From contig NIVC01003172.1 of the NCBI GenBank assembly GCA_002269645.1, positions 1-64,000 of the forward strand: a DNA stretch of 64,000 nt, written 5' to 3'. The position numbers and the translations under genes are program-made. This DNA comes from Macrostomum lignano (taxonomy: Eukaryota). A model generated the notes under the pieces. The model was not told the origin of the DNA. It saw nothing but the letters and a program-made list of their open reading frames with translations, and made no database searches. This document shows, one piece after another, positions 56,976 through 64,000 of the stretch (position 1 is its first letter; every line of letters begins with the position of its first letter).

Positions 56976-58991
56976 TCAGCAGGTCTCCAGCAGCTGCCGT
57001 CTCTTAGCGGGCCTCATCGGGCTCCCAGCCGGGCAGCGGAACGCCCGGCCGAACTCCACGGAGTCCTTCAGCATGCCGTTCACCCGCCGGCTCGCGGTCG
57101 GATGCTCAGCGTTGGCTTTAAACACGGCACCCTCCGCGGCGCCGGAGCCCCAGGCGCAGAAGTCCTGAGCCGCGCGAACAAAAAACAGGCGCTCGGCTGC
57201 GTTACTTGAACCGGCGGCACCGGCTGTCATGACAGCGGGCACGGCGTCCTTAGCAACGAGTGTCCGCGTCCGGTAGGCCCGGTGCGCGGCCCTCAGGCCC
57301 AGCCAATCGGCCAGGCGCTCCCATCGGGTTGCGCCGCCGTTTCGACATTCGCCATTTCGTCGCTCCAGCTTGGCGTAGTTGGCCAGGGAGTGCCCGAGCT
57401 CGTGCCCCAGCTGGAGACCCAGGCCGCCGTAGATGGAGAAGGCCGGATAGTCGGGTCGATAGGCGGGAGACTGCAGCAAGGACAGAGGCAGCAAGATGAC
57501 GCTGAACCGCTCCTGGCTTGCAGTGCTCAGAGTGTACGCATTGGCGATGAACGGGTCCATGCGCTCGATCGGGTTCTCCGCTCCCCTGCTGCAGCTCAGC
57601 AGCGAGTCCAGCCTCTGTCTAGCGCGGGATTCTAGCGCCAGGCCCAGCGCCGCGGCCTCCAGGGCGCCATTGCGGGATCGGACCCGACGGATGACCTCCC
57701 GTGCCGACCGATCGGACAGGCCCCAGCTCTGGCGGCCGTAACCCAGATACACGGGGGTTGAGTGCAGCTTCTCAGCCACGCGAGCTCGCTCCGCCGCAGA
57801 GCCGAGCGCCGGGGATTCCAGCGCGAGTTCGGCCATAGACGAGCGAATGTTGTCGGCAACGTTGGCCGCGGTGGGCAGAGCGGCGGAGGTCAGGTAGCGC
57901 TGGTGATAGAAATGCGCCACGGCGGGTCCGAGCAGCTGCGTCACCAGGTGCAGGCACTGCCGCCTGATGTACAATTGCTGGCTGTTAGAGCTGGACATGG
58001 AGCTGGGGCTGTCGTCAGTGTGCTGGTGCTGGTGTAGGTTGAGCAGGCTGCCCTGCAGCTCCACTACGGCATCCAGGGTGAGGAAGGCTTGCACCTGGGC
58101 GATTGGCAGTTTGCCGAGATGCTTCAGCAGAGCTTCGAGTCCCTTTAGTCGGTGATGCATCAGCTCGAACGATTCCGGAAGCTGGAGCTTCATCTTCTTG
58201 AACAGGTGACGCACGTACATCGTCCAGTTGAAGGCGGAGGCCGTGTCCAGCTCAGCCAGGGTGCTGCTTGACATCTCGCCGTCGTTTTTTGTCGGTGCCT
58301 TGGGCTCGACAGTGTCGATTAATTCGGCGACATCGACAGCCACAGCGCTGGCGACGATGGCGCTGCGCGCAGGAAAGCCGGCGCCGCGGAGCAGGCGCAG
58401 GGCGCGCCGGAGTTCAGCCGAGTTGCCGGCGTAGCCGAAGCGTCTCTGGCGGATGAGGCCGGCTCCAGAATCTCCAGTCTCCAGGCGGAACGGGCCGGTG
58501 AAGCCTGACCTGGCGTGAGTGGCCAGCAGCTGCTCGAGGCTGCCCGACTCGCGCCGGTTCCGGGCCAGCCGATGCAGCAGCGACCTCAGACTCTCGCGTT
58601 GCTTAGCAACCGAGCTCCGGTGCCAGGACCGGCAGCTGGCGAAGGTGGCGCCAACCAGCCTGGCAGCGGCCGGAGCCCCGGAATTGCCGCCGTCTGTCGC
58701 CAAGTCGGTGACCAGGCGGAACAGCCGGGCCTCAGTCTGGGCGCCCAGCTGCAGGCTGGTGTCGGTGTAGGCGGAGCCGGCCGAGCCCGGCCCGTCCAGG
58801 CCGGCGTAGTGGCCGGCCGCGCCCGCCGCCGAGCTGAAGCCGCCGCAGGCGTAGCTGTAAAAATTGGAGCACGGGTCGGCGGAGCGGTTCATCTTCAGCA
58901 GCATGGCGGCGCCGTCCTCGGTGCAGGCGTCCGTGTCGCAGCACCGGACGGTAGCGGCCGCTATGAGCAGTAACAGGGCTTGGCAGAGCAT
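56976..58991 (-). CDS. Intronless secreted M13 (neprilysin/ECE-like) metallopeptidase
   Basis: 671-aa ORF: signal peptide, MNRSADPCSNFYSYACGGF, ANAY (NAFY-like), zinc motif GHELGH, ERLAD (ENIAD-like), FFVRAAQDFC, HPTASRRVNG...EFGRAFRCPAGSPM. Confidence 0.9.
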   Translation of the reverse strand: MLCQALLLLIAAATVRCCDTDACTEDGAAMLLKMNRSADPCSNFYSYACGGFSSAAGAAGHYAGLDGPGSAGSAYTDTSLQLGAQTEARLFRLVTDLATDGGNSGAPAAARLVGATFASCRSWHRSSVAKQRESLRSLLHRLARNRRESGSLEQLLATHARSGFTGPFRLETGDSGAGLIRQRRFGYAGNSAELRRALRLLRGAGFPARSAIVASAVAVDVAELIDTVEPKAPTKNDGEMSSSTLAELDTASAFNWTMYVRHLFKKMKLQLPESFELMHHRLKGLEALLKHLGKLPIAQVQAFLTLDAVVELQGSLLNLHQHQHTDDSPSSMSSSNSQQLYIRRQCLHLVTQLLGPAVAHFYHQRYLTSAALPTAANVADNIRSSMAELALESPALGSAAERARVAEKLHSTPVYLGYGRQSWGLSDRSAREVIRRVRSRNGALEAAALGLALESRARQRLDSLLSCSRGAENPIERMDPFIANAYTLSTASQERFSVILLPLSLLQSPAYRPDYPAFSIYGGLGLQLGHELGHSLANYAKLERRNGECRNGGATRWERLADWLGLRAAHRAYRTRTLVAKDAVPAVMTAGAAGSSNAAERLFFVRAAQDFCAWGSGAAEGAVFKANAEHPTASRRVNGMLKDSVEFGRAFRCPAGSPMRPAKRRQLLETC

Positions 58992-59030
58992 CGCGTTTCA
59001 TAATCAGCCGGCAATGGCCTTCGGTCCCGC

Positions 59031-59037
59031 ATTTATA
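59031..59037 (-). promoter_or_regulatory. Candidate TATA box of the M13 gene
   Basis: TATAAAT on the minus strand, 40 nt upstream of ATG 58991. Confidence 0.45.
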
Positions 59038-59336
59038 AAGAAACCCAGAGTGAAAATTGTGATTGCGGCAATTTGGAAAATTGAGGTTTTGAGAGCAGCT
59101 GGGAAAAATAATTCCTTCAGCAATTAGCGGCAATTTAGTCAGACTTTCTCTTTTCTAGCAGTTTTTTCTAGTCAAAGACTATTTTGTCGAATAAATCAGT
59201 TTTTTGTTTTATTTCCTCAAATTGGTCGTCCTTGCTGCTCCGACAATTTTCCTGTTTACGTAATTGGCTAATTGGTCGAGTGCTATCGTGCTTTTAGCGG
59301 CTTTTTTCGTCTCCTACCTGCGCAAAGATTTTTTCG

Positions 59337-60585
59337 TGACTCCCGATTAGGCACACCCTGACTCCCGATTAGGCACGCCCTGACTCCCGATTAGGCTCAC
59401 CCTGACTCCCGATTAGGCACGCCCTGACTCCCGATTAGGCACGCCCTGACTCCCGATTAGGCACGCCCTGACTCCCGATTAGGCACGCCCTGACTCCCGA
59501 TTAGGCTCACCCTGACTCCCGATTAGGCACGCCCTGACTCCCGATTAGGCACGCCCTGACTCCCGATTAGGCACGCCCTGACTCCCGATTAGGCTCACCC
59601 TGACTCCCGATTAGGCACGCCCTGACTCCCGATTAGGCACGCCCTGACTCCCGATTAGGCTCACCCTGACTCCCGATTAGGCACGCCCTGACTCCCGATT
59701 AGGCACGCCCTGACTCCCGATTAGGCACCACCCTGACTCCCGATTAGGCACCACCCTGACTCCCGATTAGGCACGCCCTGACTCCCGATTAGGCACCACC
59801 CTGATTCCCGATTAGGCACCACCCTGACTCCCGATTAGGCACGCCCTGACTCCCGATTAGGCACGCCCTGACTCCCGATTAGGCTCACCCTGACTCCCGA
59901 TTAGGCTCACCCTGACTCCCGATTAGGCTCACCCTGACTCCCGATTAGGCTCACCCTGACTCCCGATTAGGCACCACCCTGACTCCCGATTAGGCTCCAC
60001 CCTGACTCCCGATTAGGCACGCCCTGACTCCCGATTAGGCACGCCCTGACTCCCGATTAGGCACCACCCTGACTCCCGATTAGGCACGCCCTGACTCCCG
60101 ATTAGGCACGCCCTGACTCCCGATTAGGCACGCCCTGACTCCCGATTAGGCACGCCCTGACTCCCGATTAGGCACGCCCTGACTCCCGATTAGGCTCACC
60201 CTGACTCCCGATTAGGCACGCCCTGACTCCCGATTAGGCTCACCCTGACTCCCGATTAGGCTCACCCTGACTCCCGATTAGGCACCACCCTGACTCCCGA
60301 TTAGGCACCACCCTGACTCCCGATTAGGCACGCCCTGACTCCCGATTAGGCACACCCTGACTCCCGATTAGGCACGCCCTGACTCCCGATTAGGCTCACC
60401 CTGACTCCCGATTAGGCACGCCCTGACTCCCGATTAGGCACGCCCTGACTCCCGATTAGGCACGCCCTGACTCCCGATTAGGCACGCCCTGACTCCCGAT
60501 TAGGCACGCCCTGACTCCCGATTAGGCACACCCTGACTCCCGATTAGGCACGCCCTGACTCCCGATTAGGCACACCCTGACTCCG
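59337..60585. repeat. 22-bp minisatellite, about 56 copies
   Basis: Unit GACTCCCGATTAGGCACGCCCT. Confidence 0.97.
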
Positions 60586-60639
60586 GATTTGACGAGTTAT
60601 TTAACTAATACCAAAACATCGAATATTGGGAGTCCTCCT

Positions 60640-63600
60640 CAGCGACTCTGCTATGCTCAGCAACTTACGTCGTATTATTATATTTATTATAGTTATTAGA
60701 CTTAGACTTATTATATTTGCACCTCGGCAACTCGGCGGCCAGCAGCGCCAAGACCAAGAGAGGGCAGCGAAGCGAGCGCCGGCGAGTTGAACGTCGGCGT
60801 AAGCGAAACTGGCGAGGTCGGCAACGTGGTTCCGCCCGTCGAGCTGCTGCCTTACTTAGCCAATTGGATCTTCCGGGTGGCGCCGGGGACCGTGAGGCTC
60901 ACTGTCATCGAGCCCCAGCCGTAACACAAGGCACGCTTCGGGTCGGGACGCTGAACTGCCGCACTCTCAAGGCCGCCTGGCCGACCCGGGAATTCACTGT
61001 GAGGACCTAGGCGCCGGCTGGACCCTCTGGTACACGTCGGCGGACCAGCGAGGCCGTGGAGGAGTTGGAGCGCTGATCGGACCGAGGCTGCAGCAGAGCT
61101 GTCGCTGCTTCGGGTCGACGCCCGGCTTCGCGGCCGGAACGCTCGCCTGTTCTGCGCGTATGCGCCTCCTGCCACCCGACCTGACGAGGCTCAATTCTTC
61201 TTCGAGCAGCTCTCGGCCCAGGTGGAGGAGACGGCGCAGCGCGACACAGTGGTCGTCCTCGGAGACCTGAACGCGATTTTGCGTAGGTCCGAGCGGTCGC
61301 TGTTTGTGACACCGCGCGAGAACGGAAACACCGGAGCGCTGGAAGACTTCCTGGAGAGGCAGGACATGGTTTCGGCCAACACCCGGTTCCGCAAGCCACC
61401 CGGCAGGCTCGCGACCTTCGTGGGCTGCAAGCGGAGGAAGAAACGCGGAGGCAGGCACAGCTCGACCTTGTGCTTGTGCGGATTCGTGAGCACCGCCGCG
61501 CCGTCAACTGCCGCATCATCACGCCGCTGGCTCTGCGGTCCGACCACCGGCTCCTCATCTGCGACCTGCGTGCACGCGATCCGCTTTACGTCCGCCGAAG
61601 CGGCCACTGCGGCGCTACTACCGTGCGCTCAAGGACAGCCAGACGCGTCGCAATTTTGCTAGTGCCTTCGTCAGCGCGCTTGGCGACAGGTGCGGGTGCG
61701 CCGAGTACACGGAGGTAAGTGCCGCGCTTAGAGCCGCGGCGGAGCAAGCAGTCCCACTGATGCAACCGGCCCAACATAGACAGCCGGTCTGGCAGGACGA
61801 CCCTGCGATCCGGCAAGCGAGGGCAGAGCTGGAGAGGCTCCGTCTGAGCAGGCGGCCAACTCGCGAGGCGGAGGAGGCTCTGGCGGCTGTCTACCTGCAG
61901 CGGCAACAGGGCGCTGTGGATGACGCCATCCAGGCTGTCACCTCCGCTGGACCCGACGCTAAAGAGCGCGTGGCCTGGTCCGCCATCAATGCTCTGACCG
62001 GGCGGAAGCTGCGCATCCCGCTCAACCTTGCCGGCGACACTCCGGATGAGCGCAAAAATGAGCTGCGCAAGTTCTTCGCCGCCATCGTCAGCGCGCCGTC
62101 GCCCCCGCTGCCAAACGATCTGAGGCTGCCGCCGGAGACGCCGTTGCCGGCAGAGGAGAGTTTTAATGTAGCGCCAGTCAGCACAGCCGACGTTGTGAGG
62201 CCCGCCCAACAGTCACCGAGCGGGAAAGCGCTGGGTCCGGACGAGGTGCCCATCGATGCGCTGCGACTCCACTGTGTGGCCAGCGAGGTCGCCAGTGTGA
62301 TGAACCGCGTGCTTTTCGGTGAGGCGGCACCCAACGAATGGACCACGGCGCACATCGTCGCTATTCCGAAGAAACCGTGCACCACACGGCTTGAGGAGCA
62401 CCGAGGTATCTGCTTTCAGTCCTGCGCTGCGAAGCTGTTCAACCGGATGCTGTTATCGCGGTTGCAGCCCGTGCTGGATCCGTACCTGCGTCCTGAACAG
62501 AACGGCTTCCGGCCCCACCGCGGCACAGTGGCGCACATCCTGGCTCTTCGCCGAGGCATCGAGGAAGTGCGGACCCGCCAGTCGAGCGGCTCTCTTTATT
62601 GACTTCAGAAAGGCTTTCGACTCGGTCGAGAGGGCCGTGCTCCAATGGTGCTTCGTGCGTACAACGTACCAGAGCAACTGATTTCCGCCGTCATGGCGCT
62701 GTATCACGGCACGAACGCTGCTGTGCTGACACCGGATGGCCTGTGGGATTTCTTTGAGACATCCTCTGGGGTGCTTCAGGGAGATCCGCTTGCGCCGTTC
62801 CTGTTTGTCCTAGTGCTTGACTGGGTGCTGCGCGGACTGCTTTCCCTTCTAACGACGACGGCTTCCTGCTGCAGCAACGCGTGGGTCGACGCCAACCGGA
62901 AAGGCGGCTTAGCGTTTTGGGCTAGGCCGATAATCTCGCTTTGCTGTCCTCGACCGTCGAGGGCGCCCAACGCCAGCTGGACCGGCTGGTGAGCGTTTCG
63001 GCGAGTGTCGGCCTGGTGGTCAACACGCAGAAGACCGTCGTGCTCTGCGTGCCGGACGACACCGAGGCTGCTATTTTCTGCCGAGGCACCGACGGCCAGG
63101 CGACGAAGCTTCCGTGCTGTCAGCAGTTCGTCTACATTGGCGGTCTGGTGCCTAACGTTCGCGAGGACCTGCGACGTCGCCGTGGACTTGCCTGGGCTGT
63201 CTTTCGTTCCGTGAGGGCTGTCCTGCAGTCCGAGGCCCTGCCCGACCGCCAGAGGGCGGCGGTGTTCCAGGCCGTGATCGAGACCGTCCTGTTGTACAAC
63301 GCCGAGACCTGGACGCTGACGGATTCGCTCGAACAGCTGGTCGATGCGGCGCACGCTGGCCTGCTGCGCGCCGCCTTCAAGATCGGCTACGAGCGAGTCA
63401 CCAATGAGGCACTCTATCGCTGAACCGGCCTGTCCCGTCCCAGCGAACTGTTGCGCCGTCGGTGACTCCAGCTGGATGCCACATCATCTGCGCCGAGTCG
63501 TACTGCCCACAGCCGGTGCAGGAGGTGCTGCTGCTGACGCTGCAGGCACCGGGCAGGCGTGTACTCGGCGTTTCGTCGACTGCCTTTGCTGGCTGATGCC

Positions 63601-63690
63601 GGCGCCCCGGACACTGCCGGCGGCGCGGCCTACGTTCGCGCCCAGGCCTTGAAACGCGCCTTGTGACGCTGTCTGCTAACTGACTGACAT
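60640..63690 (+). mobile_element. Inactive non-LTR retrotransposon (APE endonuclease plus RT, RTE-like)
   Basis: APE: LRVGTLNCRTL, VVLGDLNA, SDHRLL. RT: KALGPDEVP, EQNGFRPHRGT, FIDFRKAFDSV, GVLQGDPLAPFLF, and a YADD motif mutated to LG*ADNL (about 62918-62935). Many frameshifts; short (CTGA)n-like 3' end. The 5' boundary is approximate. Confidence 0.9.
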
Positions 63691-64000
63691 CGTATTTTGT
63701 TGTTGTTGTTGTTCAGCGACAGCCAACTCCTAATCCTGACTCAAGCCAAGCAGTGTGGCCGGTGACTCAACTGCCCCAAGAGCTGTTCATCTACCTGTAG
63801 AGGGTCCTGGCCTGCATCTTAAATGAGTTCTACTTGCATGCAGAAGTTCTGTAATGACAACAGTAGCGAACTAATGAAGTGCTATATAATAGCAGCTATA
63901 CGCTTAAGAGTATTTTCTATGCGTCACTGCCTACTCATTGTATATGGTAGTAGTTAGTTCTGGATATCCTTCACGAATTTTACCTAATACGAGTAGCTTA

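Noticed and set aside
60625-63700. Target-site duplication of the non-LTR element (ACATCG.. or TCGTATT at both ends)
   Set aside because: Only 6-7 nt matches in AT-rich flanks; the boundaries cannot be fixed.

Overview
Eukaryotic (metazoan) genomic DNA, not prokaryotic. GC-rich poly-Ala/Gln exons alternate with AT-rich introns filled with private minisatellites. This style suggests a free-living flatworm such as Macrostomum (inference only, not checked). Genes reconstructed by splicing: a frameshifted FCF2/DNTTIP2 homologue (+), a 10-exon CHD7/kismet-type chromatin remodeller (+), a small secreted PAN/Apple-domain gene (-), the PI4P phosphatase SAC1 (+), an unidentified two-exon gene nested antisense in a SAC1 intron, twist (-), and an intronless secreted M13/neprilysin peptidase (-). 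Mobile DNA: a tRNA-head SINE, a mariner relic, a dead APE-RT non-LTR element, and four non-autonomous DNA transposons with perfect 8-bp target-site duplications. Two observations stand out. (1) A TIR/8-bp-TSD MITE family carries a piece of 28S rRNA spanning helix 69 and the R2/I-PpoI target site, in two complete copies plus one truncated copy. (2) SAC1 introns hold four box C/D snoRNA copies (three intact) sharing one guide against 28S UGAAACACGGA. All coordinates were read by hand, and no database searches were run.
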